Positions 42,330-57,104 of a stretch of DNA of 64,000 bases are shown one piece after another. Below the pieces are notes generated by a model. The model searched no databases and had not been told where the DNA came from. It saw only the letters and a program-made list of their open reading frames with translations. The position numbers and the translations under genes are program-made. This stretch comes from Dimorphilus gyrociliatus (lineage: Eukaryota > Animalia > Annelida): NCBI GenBank assembly GCA_904063045.1, contig CAJFCJ010000021.1, positions 62,001 to 126,000 on the forward strand, written 5' to 3'. Each line of letters opens with the position of its first letter. Position 1 is the first letter of the stretch.

Positions 42330-45300
42330 TGCATATCTGTTTTTTTTTAATTGAAAAAGAAACCGATAAAGTATTATATTAATTCTCTTTCAATTTGTCA
42401 AGAAAAAAATCTACTTTATATTGTTTACTTCAACTTTTGTTTTTTAAGAATAGCCGCTAGGTGTCGTTTCGACGTGTGTTTTATAATGCGCTGCTATTAG
42501 GATATAAAGGATATGTACTATTTGGATATAAAGGAATGATATGAAACAATAGATAGGCACATGTGGAGTTTTGAATTCCTTTATATATATACATTTTGCC
42601 TAAACTAGTTATAAATATTTATTTCTTGGTCCAGCATTATTATTACTGAGTGGAGTTTAATTTGAGTCTTATGGATCTACACCGCGTGTACAGCCTTTGA
42701 TTCAATCAAGCTAGGGTATAAAATTACCTATTTAGGAAGAGAAGGATCTACATCTTAAAAGAAAAGAGCAGAACGTTAATATCCCATAGGTCAATCACTT
42801 GATATCTGCTAAAAGAGAGAGAGAGAGAGGGAGAGATAGAGCGAGTAAAAGTGCGAGCATGCTAATCAGTTTCAGAGATTTAAAGGATACTTTGTTTTCT
42901 TTTTGCTTTTCTGTTTACGTTATTAATATCACTACTAGGATCTTCGTAATAGAAAAAACGCATTGGGCGTATATTTAGTATATAAAATATCTACAAAACC
43001 TTGCCCAGGAGGCAAAGAAGTCTTTCAAAATTACAATTTTTAATGTTTATAGGTCTATAAAAGCTTTTAAATCTTAATTAAAACCATATAAGAGAAACAA
43101 AGATGACCACAATTCTCGTAAAGTAATAGACCAAATCTTTTAAACGGGTTCATAAGACATATCCCAAAACAGTACCTATAGTAAGCCAAAACAGTCTTAA
43201 ATGTAATAGTGATTAAGATAAACTTGACTTTAAAAAGGGTATAAACTATTCGGTTCATTTCTTCTTTTCTTTATCTATATTTGTATATTTTCAAGAAAAG
43301 GAAGATTTACGAAAGATGAAACAAGAAGAAGATATCAAAGTTTATGTAAACAAGATGGCCAATTGATAAGAATTATCAATATATATATATAAATGTATAT
43401 ATATATATATGTATATGCATATGTTTACAGTATACATTTCTTTTATAATTTGATAAAGAAAAGAGTTACTTTTTCGTAAAATGGAAGAGAAAACTATTAT
43501 TGAATTGATTAAATAACTATAAATAAATATATGTATGCAAATGCTAACCAGAAAGAGCGAGAGATGTCAACAATTCTATCGTCCGTGTAATAAGGTGTAT
43601 TTTATAAACAGTAAAAAATCGTAAGTTACATAATAGGGATTACACAACCAAATGTTTATATGTACAAGAATTTCGTATTGTTCTCTTTATTGTTGAATCT
43701 ATCCTTATCTTTTTTATATCATATAAGTTTTGTATGTCAGAAATAACTAAGTAGAATTTGATTTTTTTTTAAAAAAAAAGTACTTACTTTCAGTCTTTAT
43801 TTCCAGAAATCTTTCTTTTTTCCTTTCTCTCTCTCTCTCTCTCTTTCTCTCTCTTTTAAAGTATTGAGTTAATGGTATAAGTGCCAACGTTTCATCAATT
43901 ACGTAACACTATTTATAGAAGACCACAAGTCATCACTAAATGCACTTGAATAAATACAAAATTAACCAAGATTGCAATTACATAATGTATATAGAATTAG
44001 ATAATGACAGTGTATGCTACATTTGTGTATATTTTTATGAAAAAGTACATAGATAAATTTTGATTTATGTCACTGTTGGAATGAATTAGCAAAGGAATGT
44101 GTATTATATGGCAGTTGTAAAATGGACTAAGTACTGCAGAGCCCCCTGGCGCGTTTCAACGCCGCCTCTAATAGAAAAACAATCGTGGAGCTAAATTACA
44201 AACAAAAATAGGCTAGTCAACGTCATTCAGTCATTTCGTAAGCGTTGGCATCCTTGAAATGATGCTCCTCGATGACAAGCAAACGCCGCTGACAAACTAC
44301 AAACACCCGTTGAGAACTCATTAAATGTCAATTAACGTTCTACTGAATTACTTTTCAATTTAACGCTCCGTTCCGCTAAACATTTCAATTGATCTTTGAT
44401 ACGCATGCGCGTAAAAATTAAGCAAAAGAAACTAAATTATGAAGAACAAAACTGGGTTCTGCTGCGCGTAAAATTTTTATATAGAAAACGCGTTCGTACA
44501 GCTGCCAAACATCATAGGCTGCCGGCGGACCTTATCAAATATCTGACGACCTTTTTTTAAACGACTTATCGTCGATTCGAAACTCTTCTCTTTCCTTTTT
44601 ATCCCAACGTCGGACAAACAAACAAACAGTTCTGTGGGAAAAAAAGCCCAAACGTATATAACTACCGTATATACAGCATTTGCTACGCTCTCATCACCCT
44701 TAGGGCTCATGCCTGTTCATTAATTAGAGAATTTATCGTAATTAATGTATAACGCTTGTCGCTCCTACGACCGATAACCTATTCCGTTACGGTTTTCGGC
44801 GCTTCAAAGCCAGCTGACGATTGACGAAAGGCAAGAGATCGGATAAATTTTTGGTATGATTCCCTTAACAAAAAGAAAAATCTGCTTTCTCTCACTAGTG
44901 ATCTCCAAACTACGTAACAGGTAATTAAGTCTCCCTCCCACAAAAAAAAATCGTAAAGCACGCAGATACGCATTGCATTGCACGTTAATTTAAGACAAGC
45001 CTATTAAACCTTTTTTTTTCAGTTTTATAAAAGCTACTTACGTTTAATTTAACGACTGAAGCGTTTAAATATATTTATTATAATCGTTTATCTTCCTCTC
45101 AATCAAATATCTTTCTATAAGTTTCTTGTTTGTTTAATGTAAATTTAAGTATTAAAGAATATTTATATTTCGAAATATCAGCGTATAAAGATACATACAT
45201 ACCATATATATATATATATATACTGTATTTGTGTATACTGTATATAACCCAGAGCTTGCCGAACAAGTTGCGCACTCTGCTTCACGCTAGGCCTACGTGA

Positions 45301-45630
45301 CAAACAATGTATAAATCCAACCATATCAGATAACCAGAATTGTTTGTCAAGCACTGGTTGATGTATATACGTTCGTGTACTGCTCGTGCGGAATTTTTAT
45401 TTATTTTTAGATATGTATACCATCGATATACTTGTCATATTCTTATATAAAAAATAACTATATAGTCCTATATACATATATATATTTTAATTTATACATG
45501 CTCTCGCACATATATCTATATATATATTCGTAAATTTCATTAAATATGTAAATTTATCAGGATATATTAACTGAATATGTATAATTTTTTGTATGAATAG
45601 TATTGTAAAATGTCTATAAAGGCTCTCGGC

Positions 45631-46285
45631 TTAATCAAGAGATTCACATGCCTTCGATGGAGGAATGACGGAATTCTTTTTCGTTTGAGGTACCGTTTTC
45701 TGATCGCCATTTAACGAAAAGGGCCAAGTCTGTAAATATATTGAGACCTTTTTTAATAATTAAACTCCTTTTATTTATGCAAATTGGATAAATTAGTTAA
45801 TTTTCTCGCTAATTTATATGTAAATGTATTAATAATAAAACTTTTAATGAATTTATAGAGTAAATCTTCCATTAAAGTCACTCGATTTGTTTGATTTTGT
45901 TTTCCGGTGTTGTAAATATTAAATGATACTAGTAAATTAATTGATATAGACTTACCATTGATAATGGATTAGGCATTCTTGGCGAAGTTGCCTGGACAGG
46001 ACTCTCCGGATTTAACAAGCACCTGAGATGAGATATGTAGCAGGCAGCTAATCTTAGAGTGTCCAATTTGGATAATTTTGTATCAGCGGGTACCCATGGA
46101 AGTGTTGTTTTTAATTTTACAAATGCTTTACTTAATACTCTCATCCTTGCCCTTTCTCGGGCATTGGCTGAACTTCTCGGTGCTTTCCTTTTTCTATCCT
46201 TATTCTCACCATCATCCTCCGAGTCTGTAAAATCTTGCGATGGTGGATCCGTTTGATCTAATTTCATCCGCTTGTACTTTCCCAT
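45631..46285 (-). CDS. TCF21: bHLH transcription factor, TCF21/Musculin (MyoR) family; exons 46285-45956 and 45729-45631
   Basis: [48 protein letters not shown], with exon 2 starting TWPF as in TCF21/MSC. Confidence 0.9.
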
Positions 46286-46372
46286 GGCGCTGTGCAGTAC
46301 TAAACGAACGGCACGGCTGATAGCGGTCGGCGTCTGCAACGCCTCAAAATACTACGATAAGGAATCTAGGCT

Positions 46373-46398
46373 GCTGATTGGTCAGATAGGCTCCGCCC
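46373..46398 (-). promoter_or_regulatory. CCAAT box and GC box in the bHLH proximal promoter
   Basis: GCTGATTGGTCA at 46373-46384 and CCGCCC at 46393-46398. A similar TGGCCAATCAGC lies upstream of Fez at 63601-63612. Confidence 0.5.
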
Positions 46399-48838
46399 AA
46401 ACTTGATGATTGGGAGAATGAATAGGGAACTGCTGTTTCTTCTGTTTCGCATGCATAAAGCATCGCTTCCGGTTAAGACCAAGTAGTAAAGGATGGAAAA
46501 AGGTCAATTCTCAAGCTAATGCTATCGAATATCAGCCGATAAGAATCGTTCAATTCGTTTTTGTTTTGACGGAAAATACTGGAGGGCGTGCGCCTTTTAA
46601 AGTTTGTGTATTGCTGGAAGCGCTGTAGTTTTAAGCTTGTTTTGGCAAATAATGCTCTTGAAACATTACTGTTTTCAGGCGACAAACCGAAAACATGCCC
46701 TCGTATCTTAATTCTGTCATATGAGATAAGGTTAACATCTAGATGAATATACATTTGGTCTCTATCGACAAACCTTTTTGTTCCCTTAATTATTTCCATA
46801 CCTTGTCCGATACGCATAACCACTTAAAACACTAGATAAAAGAGGTTTTAGAATCGCATCATCTTTTCTATCATCTTTTTACACAACGTTAACCACCCGT
46901 TATTTCTTTCTTCTTCGACATATATAACCACGCGTTAACCTCTAGCTACTTAACTTATCTGAATGAGATAGAGCTTATCACTACTAATAAAGGAGGGAGT
47001 ACCCGATGAAATTTCGAAAAAATGATGGCTTTGTTCTAACATAAAATAGAATTCTAAAGAAGATCTTTGAAAGTTTAGTGACCATTGCCGGAGGATTTTG
47101 ACCTTTACGAATAGCCTAACGAGAACAATCTGACGCAAAGCAAACATAGTGTTGTTTGATGAATCAGAAAACTATATGACTGATTTATTTCATAGAATTT
47201 AGACGATCTTTCTCCCCCTTGCATTTTCATATAAAATTCAACAATAAACTTTTTATTTACCCTTGTCTAACGGTTATTCACTCAAATAGGTTTATATGTT
47301 TATACAAAAAATGCCCAGTGACAACTTGTTAAAAGAAGTATAGCAACATTTTTGATATATACAAGACGAATTGTAATTATTTTTGTTTTTTTTTTTAAAA
47401 AAAAGAGAGAACGAGAGAGAGAGAGAGATAGAGAGAAAGAGAAAGATAAGATTCTTATAATAGTCATAATTTTATACATGAAACAGAACAGTAGTAAAAG
47501 AAGCAAATAAATAAATAAAAAGTCTTTTTTATTGTTAATACAAACTGTTTTATTCTTCCCCATCTTCTCTCTCTCTCTCTCTCTCTCTCTATCTCCATCT
47601 CTCTATCTCTATTTGAGAATTATTATATTTTGATTTATTTTTTTCTTATAAAATATTTTCAATGAGAATTTCCTTAACTTATTTAAAAACAAAAGATCTA
47701 AGGGAATATAAACATTAAGAATTGATATTCCTAAATACTGTATAAATCGATTTCATCACTTTCAGTAAGGTAATTAATCAGTCAAAAAGGCGTGTGAGTT
47801 TTGTTAGATTGTAGATATATTTAACTTTATTTTTACAATTTTACAATTAAAGTATTTTCAATGTTAAAAGTTAACCTCCTTAGTTTTCAAAGGTTATTTA
47901 TTTGGCTATAGAAGAAAAAATAGCTCTCCACCCTCTTTCTGTCTTCAAGAGTGTATGTTCTTTTTGACATTATACAATTTCTATTCTTGTCATTTTCATT
48001 ACTTTTGTTTATTTCGTCTACTATAGTTAAGTATTGGATTAAAAATTTTCTCAATTCCCCCATCCTCTCTCTCTTATACATAAAACAGTCTTTAACCTAA
48101 TCTCTAGAAAAAATAGTATATTTTCATTGTACGAAATAGAGAGAAAAAGAGTTTGTGAAGAAGAGATAAGATGATTAACGATGTGATCTAATCTGTTCTT
48201 ATTCAAAAGGTTTATATCTAATTCTTTCATTGGAGGCAAGTAGAAAATTAAGTTTAAAGTTGAGTATACTAATTGATAAATATTTTTTTAAAAAAAAAAT
48301 GTTATTGAATTATGAATAGTAAGACAGAATGTAAAGGAAGAAGGATCAATTTCAACAATCTTTCGAATGACATATTGATGATCCAGGTCCTTGAAAGGAA
48401 AGTAGGTTAACTAATTGGAAACGAAATATATTTTTTTGATTGATATTTGCGATGAAAGTTCCTACTATATAAATTTTGTATTTATCAAAATTACTCAATT
48501 TTTCAGCTTACTTACAAAGTAGAGATAAGGAGAATTTATGTTCTTACAATTGCCTTTAAAACCGATAATCTAATCTAATTATATTTCATACTAAGAAATA
48601 TAATATCATCTCTCTATGTTTTAAGAAAACCAAATCTATAGATTGATAGAATAAAACCATTGAAGTTTCCACTGTTTTCTTCTTCGTTTTCTTCTCTTTT
48701 TTGTCCTTTTTCTTTTTATTTAAAAGCTCCTCAAACAATTCCTTTTTACGTATAAGATGACATTTACGACATCTTTAAACTATTGAAACCTATATAAATG
48801 TATAAAGAATGGATGTGAAATATGAACAAGGGAAAGAA

Positions 48839-48842
<4 letters not shown>

Positions 48843-48880
<38 letters not shown>
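48843..48880. repeat. (TA)n microsatellite, representative of many in the window
   Basis: Direct reading of the sequence. Confidence 0.95.
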
Positions 48881-48883
<3 letters not shown>

Positions 48884-49873
48884 TATATACTGTATATAAA
48901 ATAGTGAATGCGAAAACACGAGTTGCCATATGAAACTGAGATCTGGATAAAAAAAAATTAAAATCAAAATCAATAGACAATTAATTAAGATAATTATTTA
49001 ATTAAAAAAAAGGGACTGCTACTATTTCATTGATAATCTCTCTTTAATCTAAACTTTAATCTATTTGTTTTTTATTCTAAAGTATGTTTCTATTATCTCT
49101 CTCTTTCTCTCTCTGTTTTTTTATGTAGTCATCCCTCTCTGTAAAATGAGGCCTTGACTTGTTAACGTACAGATAATCTAACTTTCTGGTAAAGATTCAA
49201 AGACAACTGTTATTTAGTAAACAAAAGTCTAATTTTTTGCTATGTAAATAAATTATTTTCGTATTATGCGAATGGTTTGCCCTTCAGAATCAACGAAAAC
49301 CATGTAGAACCGCAAACAAAAGTTCATTTTTATATAATTCGATACTTGGACCAAACAGGGAGATAATAAACCTTTAAAAGAATAATAATCTTTTTTTTAG
49401 GTAAAACGAACGAAAACTAACCTAAATATTTCGCGTCTGTCTATATTTATATAGCATGTAATATAAATAATAATAGATGCAAACTGAACGGTAATGCCAT
49501 CTATTGCATTAATTTTTCAATTGGTGGCGCCACAAGTTAGTATTTCTCAGAGAAGAATAATCATCCTTAAAAAGAGCATTATTAAAAGAAATATCTTTAT
49601 GCTCTATAGTCCTATTCAACTAAATAGTAAAGATATAATAAAATTTACGGTACAGCTACTTCTTTGACAATGAAATAGAAATTAAAAGGTTATTTTGGTT
49701 CAATTGAAAGTATATAAATAGGATTGTTACTTTTCAAAATATATATTAAGATTTTATCCTTTGTATTGTTCTTTTAATGATTATTATTTTCATTTCGTTG
49801 AGCAAATATACAGTAGAATGTCATCTAAGTATTCTTTTTTTTCTTTTTGTCATATATAATAAAGATATACGAG

Positions 49874-49908
<35 letters not shown>

Positions 49909-49957
49909 AAGAAGTTGAATTGAAAAGCGTATACACTATATAATCAACCAATCATAT

Positions 49958-52900
49958 TTAATAAAAATTCTTTATTAATTGTTCAATTACGCATAAATGT
50001 AGATAATTCACTGTATAACGAATATGCCTATCTAATTTAACTAGTTTTTCAATCATTGATACTTTATGCTTTAATTTATTAATATGGTTTTCAAAGTTCA
50101 TCTTTTCACTGGCCTTTTTACCCTTCTTTTTAAGTGTTAAACATTTTAATGTATTATCGTCCACATCCGATTTTAATTTAATTATCTTTTCCAAGATTAT
50201 CAGTGATATGTTTCTAAAATGATGCTTTTTTCGCACTGCATAACAAATAACCTCCCAACAACTAAAGATCTTTACCTTTCTTTTTCTTATCGATCTAGTA
50301 TTTTGAACGCTATCGGCTTCCTCTTTAGGAAGTAAAGGTCTTATTTCCGAATTTTTAAGGTCTATCCCTTTTTCTCGTTTTTTTTCCTTTCAAAGATAAG
50401 CAAAAATCTCTTTGAAATAATTTATAAATTGCCTTTAACCTTTGTGAAACTTATAAATCTAATGCCAAATTAACAATAAGACCCTGAACTTCTGAATTAG
50501 CTCGCTCTCTTAATAAATTTACATTATCGACGGCAAGTCCAATTAATAGATTCATTAAAATTATTGGCATAATTATTAGACATACAATGAAAACAATGTA
50601 AGATGAAGTTGAAACAGCTGCAAAGAACATTCTAAGAAGATCTATTTCTCCAAACATCATAACAGCAGTTTTAATAAAAGACGTATATGGTTTCGCTTGA
50701 TAAGAATAAAGAACATTGTAAAGAACATATGTTAATTTTAATGTGCAATAAATATTACTTGATCTCTAAATAAAACGTGAAAAGAAAAGCTAAAAGCACA
50801 AAGGAATAGGGAAAACATTAAAACATAGTTCATAAAAGTTTTCATTATTGTTGTAACCATAGAAATATATATTCCAAACAATGGAAAACTCCTTAAAAGC
50901 ATTATTAAATTTAGCCATTCAAATAATAACATTATAGCTCCAGACTCCCATATACTATATTTCGTAACCTAATTAATTGATAATGTTTCATATCAAATAC
51001 AATAGAATATTTTTGTTTGCAAAAATATTAAAAATTACCAATTTTAGTTTTAAAAAAAGATCTATAATGACAAAAATAGATGAACCATAGATAATAAGGT
51101 CAAAGAGACAAAAGTTTATTTAAATCATCAGATTTTGAAATGTTTATCAAGTCTGAATTGTAATTAGGAGAATGCGATATTGTTGGGAATGTTGTAAATG
51201 ATATTATGTATGTTGTATGGAAGAGAACGAACATAATAAATAGAAATATAGATGATTCCCACTTTCTTTTCAAGTACTCTTTAGTAAGTCTATGTTTAAG
51301 TAATTCCTCTCTTCCGTATTCAACCTAATTTACACATTAATTCACAACAATGTTCAATTAATTTCTATTAATTAAAGGAACAAATCTGCGAAGGGTAAAT
51401 TAGGAATAATTACCATTAAAAATGATTTAACAGGAAGTTATATCTACTTTCGCCCTCTTTATCGAAGAATGTATCAGCTATAAACTCGTAATTGTATAAT
51501 CTATGACTATTGAAATCTTTGCAATAACAATAGTTAACATAATTTGTCTCTGCATTAATCTTAGCCATTACAGGGAAAAGTTTGATACTTTTGTTTTCTC
51601 CTTTCATTTTATGAGTTGGTCTGGGTGTTTTAGAACTATTTTCTTCCGTTTCCAATGTACACCACATAATCTTACCGGGTCAATGACATAGGACTCTTTG
51701 TAATACATCTATCTAAAGCCAATTTTGCCTTATCTTTTATAAAAAATCATTATTAATTAATTAAATTCCCCTTTATGTTGCAAAATTCGAGATAAATACC
51801 TGACATTTTTCTAATAAGCTTAGATAAGGGCGTTTCAATAGAAACACTTTTTATCACATTGTCCACTACCTCATCAATAATATGCCTCATTAATGAATCC
51901 CATATTTTTGATCTGAGCATTATTGCAATCATACTTCTAAAAAGCAAATTGGGTCAGTAATTAATAGTGTAGTCAAGTTTTCTTAATAACTACTTCATTC
52001 CTTTATCGATTGCGAAATGTATGCAATTTTTTGTGTCGGAATGATTTAATATTCCCGTTGAGTTTACATTAAAGTCCATTAGACTTTTCATAACATCTTG
52101 ATAATTACCGTATAAGGCGGCAAACACTGATTTGGTACCCCATTTTCCTGAAAGGTAGTTTATATATACTGTAGTTTACAGTAAAAACGTATAAAGCGTT
52201 GGGAAAAGAAAGAAAATGGAGGATAAAAGGATTTAGAATATTTATATCTTACACTTTGCAAAGTTGACATTAGCTTTTCATAATGTCTATCTTTTCTTTC
52301 TTTTTTCTCTTCCATTATATGAAAGAAATAGTCTAAAGCGTTATTTTTCCCATATGATATTGCGTTATCAATAGCCATAACTCCGCTGCTATTGACTTGT
52401 TCCAGGAATCCGGGTAGTATAATTTCGTCAACATGTTCGCATAAGTCTTTACAAATGCTAATTTATAAAGTATCAATTTTTAGTATTTTTAAATAACATA
52501 ATTATAGACACCCTATATAATATTCAAATGTCTATTAATATGCAAATTTTGACATGCTGACTTAAACTGCCACTAGATGCCGCAAAATGTAAGGGTGTAT
52601 TTAAGTTTTCACAGGAAACAAAACAGACTGCACCATACTTTAGTAACAGCTGCCAAAGGTTAATATAATAATAATTAAGATAACAAAGGAGAGGATCTTT
52701 GAAAAAGAGCAGAGAACAGGTGGTGAAGTCTTTCTTTACCTTTGTCATATCTCCGTTGCCATTCTTAGCTGTGTAATGAGGCGATGTCATATCATAAATA
52801 TCCGAATTATTTAGCTGGTGTTCAAAATCGACGAATTGACACCTCCACTTATCAGATAACAATAGCTAAAACAAATTATCAACAAGATGAAAGAAATTAC

Positions 52901-54546
52901 GTAATGAATAGCTAGACGACCTTTTCCATACCTATAGAACTCGTTCGTGATTCTTTTCGGCGGCAAGAATGAAAGGATTTTGATAATGATGGTCCACAGT
53001 TCCAATAGTCTTTGAATACTTTCTTAAATGGTTAGGGAGGATTTTACACAATATTCTCCATTCATTAAATTCCACAGCTAACAAAAGCGGACCCCTTCCT
53101 TTTGAATCGACAGTTTCTAATAAAATGTCAATATGCTCTTCCCTAGTTAGATAATTAATTAATTGATTAGTTTAGTTTAAGCCAATTAATTACTTACGTA
53201 ATATAACAATATACTTAAGATAAATTTTCTAAGAGAATCTCAATATAATTCAAATTACCATTTTGAATAGCTACCGCAATTGGTGAATAACTGGATGATT
53301 CAAGGGGGCTAGAGAGATGATGACAAATTCGAGAATCATCCTTCAAAATTGCTAATTGATTCATCAAAAGTTTCAAAGATTCTGTATTGCCTAGGGCTGC
53401 TGCTATATGAATAGATAACTCTCCAGAGCTGCTCCTACAGTCAATATCGACCCCTACATAAGTTAATCACGTTCGTTCGGATATATAGATATATATATAG
53501 AGAGAGAGAGAGAAAGAGAGAAAGAGAGAAGATACTAATGGTAATATTTGAAGTAAATAACTAACCAATTGATAAGACGTAATCTACTAGTATAGGTTGG
53601 CACATTGCGTAGTGTAAGATGGTTTTATTGTAGATATTTTGAGATTTTAATATCTTATTTATATGAAAAGAAAAGGGGAAAGTTTAAAAATCTTATTTAA
53701 ACTATTTATGCAAATTCATAAGTAAAATTAATACAAACAGTTTTGTTACTCTGATTCAAAAATGTCATTACTGCAATTATTTGCGGTAGAAATGATTTCT
53801 TCTATCTCGCTCCTGTAATAATTTAATGGTATTAGTTGTATAAATTTATTAAAATTATATATTCTAGAGTACACACGTATATCCAATCTAGAAAATTATG
53901 ACCTAATTTTTTTGACATAATTTCTAAATAGGTTATAATTATTTGGCTATGTGTTCTTGAGAGAATAGCCGTATTTAGAGGAATGTAACCATAGTGATAT
54001 TTATGTATAAGCTTTTCTTCAGTCATCTTTGATAAGATATACTCTAAAGTCACCTTTTAATAAGATGAAAGAATGATATTATTAGTTCAATTCTGTTTTG
54101 AAGAAAACAGAATTAGTCAATTAAAATTGCTGTATAGGTTTCCGAATAAGTATTCTTCGTAGGAATCTCCTCCAGAAAGAACGATTTGTAGCCGTCCTTT
54201 GATAGTTGAGAATCGTATTCGGGTGAAAAGAAGTGGTGAATAGGTAATGATTTATTTTTATCAAGCTCGTTAAAATCTAATTTAGGGAAAGGAAGAAAAA
54301 ATAAGAGAAAAGCGAGAGATTAATTAAGAAGTTTAAATGGAAAAAGTATAAATTAACCGGCGTTAAATTCTGCCATTCAATAGTCCAATCGAACGATTCT
54401 TAACGGCGTAATGTAAAAGACATATACCAAAAGTATCTCGTTCTTTTAATAAGAATGGATCAACCTCTATGCAAGAATTTAAGCGATATTTTAAGAAAAT
54501 ATCTCTAGAAGATGGATGCAATTCATTAAATTTCTTAATTATCTAG

Positions 54547-54585
<39 letters not shown>

Positions 54586-54963
54586 TATATATGAATTAGC
54601 ATATGAATGATGTATGAAAAGAGTATTTAACTAACGAAGAACATATCTTTATCTTTCATTGGTAAGTAGACTTCTTTAAAGATAACAACTTCAGCACTTG
54701 CATTAGAAAAAGTATCTGAAAATAATTTTAAAGTACTCTTTAAAAGTAGTTGTAAATATTTTAAATTGATCAAAATTGTAGGGATTAGAGCTTAAACACT
54801 ATCCAAATAAAACTTATCTTGGTATTAAATGTTATTAATTAATTTTAATTAGTACTATGATAAAAAAAATTCATTCACTCAAGATCCTAAAATGAGTTCA
54901 ACATATTTTTCAATAAAAACCTGACAGTGAAGTGGGTATACAATTAGATCCTTCAAACGACAT
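49958..54963 (-). pseudogene. TRPA-family ankyrin-repeat ion channel with several apparent lesions; 5' boundary approximate
   Basis: Ankyrin exons (TILHYA, SIHIAAALG, TPLHFAASSG), ALDRCI, YNYEF, VEYGREELLKHRL..YLKRKW, LLRSFPLFGIYISM, MMFGEID, ILMNLLIGLAV. In-frame stops or frameshifts at ~53215, ~52932 and ~51100. Confidence 0.75.
54550..54583. repeat. (AG)n microsatellite
   Basis: Direct reading of the sequence. Confidence 0.95.
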
Positions 54964-55112
54964 CGCCAATCCTTAAGTATTACAGAGTAGAATTAAAATG
55001 TATTCGGAGCAATTCTCTTGCCTGAATATCCAAGTTACGAATAGTTATTTGACTTATTTATATACTACAAAGTTTTTTTTTCATATCTACTAATGAAGAA
55101 CTCTTAATCACC

Positions 55113-55147
<35 letters not shown>

Positions 55148-56517
55148 CAAGATAAGAAGTCATATTACATTAGAATCTTGTAATCAACTTCCTCATTCTT
55201 TCAATAATACAGAGTAGAATCAAGTGTAAACCTTTTTATTAAGATTCTCATTTATTTTACCTATTTCTTTTCTTTGTTTTGTTGTTACTACTCTTCCTCT
55301 TTTTCCTTCTCTTCTATTATTTAATAAGAATTAGAATGACTTTTTAATTTTAAGGAAACGTGCAATCATTTTTACAAGATTATCCATAATATAAATATAA
55401 TAATACGTAATAGGGGTGATCAATTATATACTTTTATGTAACGTAACATATCATATTACGTAATTTCTAGAGCAGGCAATAACAGAAATTGATGTTTCTT
55501 TTATTTCTTGTCACTATCTATTAGATTTTATCCAGTATTCTTTCTCTTATTGAAGCAATTGTAACAAATTATTAGGTCAAATTCGTAAAGTATCAAATAC
55601 TGGGTAATTTTGTTACACATTATAGAAAACATAACGCAAGATGGCACCACTCATATCAGATCTATCAGAGATTTTAACGTTCGTCATACACAAAAGACAT
55701 CAAACTGGATGACAGTTAATGTAAAATATTATTTATAGTCAATTAAAAGTACAAATAGATCATTTAGATAAAGTTTATAATGTGATAGAAATAAATATAC
55801 AGTGGCGCATAAAAATGATACTTGTAAACAATTGACGGACAATAACTTGAGGAGCTATCAATGAGGGACAGATGTTAAAAAGGTAAAAAAAGAGAAAAAA
55901 CGGTAATAAAAAGGAAGAAGGAATTATAAAAAGCAAATGAAAGAGAAGTAAGAAAGGGACTGTTGATATAATATAGTACAAATATTAATAGAATGGAGAA
56001 TTTCAATTTAAAACACCCCGTACGCTTAAGTTAACAAAAGATTACTAATTTCCTTGTTGAAAAACCACTTACTCTTTACCTTTTATATATACACATTGTA
56101 TATATCTTATATTATATAAGACATAGTATATATAGAATAAAAACTATAGACACAACAGAGACAAAAGAGAAATCTCTATTTTCATAACATACAACGTACA
56201 AGTACATACTCTTAAGGATAATAAGTAACAAGTAGAAGGGAAAAAAAATTAAAAGAAAAGAAAAAGAGGAGGTATAGAGTACAAAAAGTTCTAATCCAAT
56301 ACAGCAAAAAGCGGCACAAATCGTTGACTATTAATGACCGTCCATAAACAAAAGCGTAACGAACGATTCGTAAGAAAAACTCGCAGCGTGACGCGCTTTT
56401 ATTCGGATACTTAAAGCATTTTTGCGGGTGAGCTGCAATCAAGCTACATAATGGAATATTGATCTATTGCAGGTGCGAAAATTACAGTATATATACTGTA
56501 TGTTGTATATATCCATA

Positions 56518-56550
<33 letters not shown>

Positions 56551-57051
56551 TTAGACATAGATATATAAGGGACATCAATAGATTTCTTCAAGTTATATGG
56601 AAATTTATAGATGTATAAATATTAGTAGATATATACAGCAATTGTAAACAGATATATATATATATATATACATGTTGTATTAATTTATAAGGCCCCACCC
56701 CTGTGAGAATTTTCCAAACGAGATTATAAACAAGTTGATACGATTGATTAACAAAAAGAACTGAGAAAATTCCGTGACTTGAGGCAAAAACATAGCGCCA
56801 GCTATTGTATTGTTCGATAACTAGTTCAAAGTAATACGCTAACAATAAAGCGGCTGGAATACTCCGTGACATATTAGCACTTTACAGCTTTTTTTTCCAG
56901 GCATTCAAAAGTAGGTCATGCCAAAGCCCGACTGACTTCTACAAGACTAGCTATTTCATCTGACTTGGTTCATCTAACTGCTCTAGATGGCGTTGAGAAT
57001 CAATAAGAAAAAGAAATATCGTACATAGTAGAAAGTTAAAGAGGTCTTAGA

Positions 57052-57058
<7 letters not shown>

Positions 57059-57102
<44 letters not shown>
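57059..57102. repeat. (CT)n microsatellite
   Basis: Direct reading of the sequence. Confidence 0.95.

Positions 57103-57104
<2 letters not shown>

Noticed and set aside
47300-47563. ORFs with LSLSLS, IYIYIY or ERERER runs (also 24122, 48780, 56983, 58836, 60387)
   Set aside because: Translations of (GA)n or (TA)n microsatellites.
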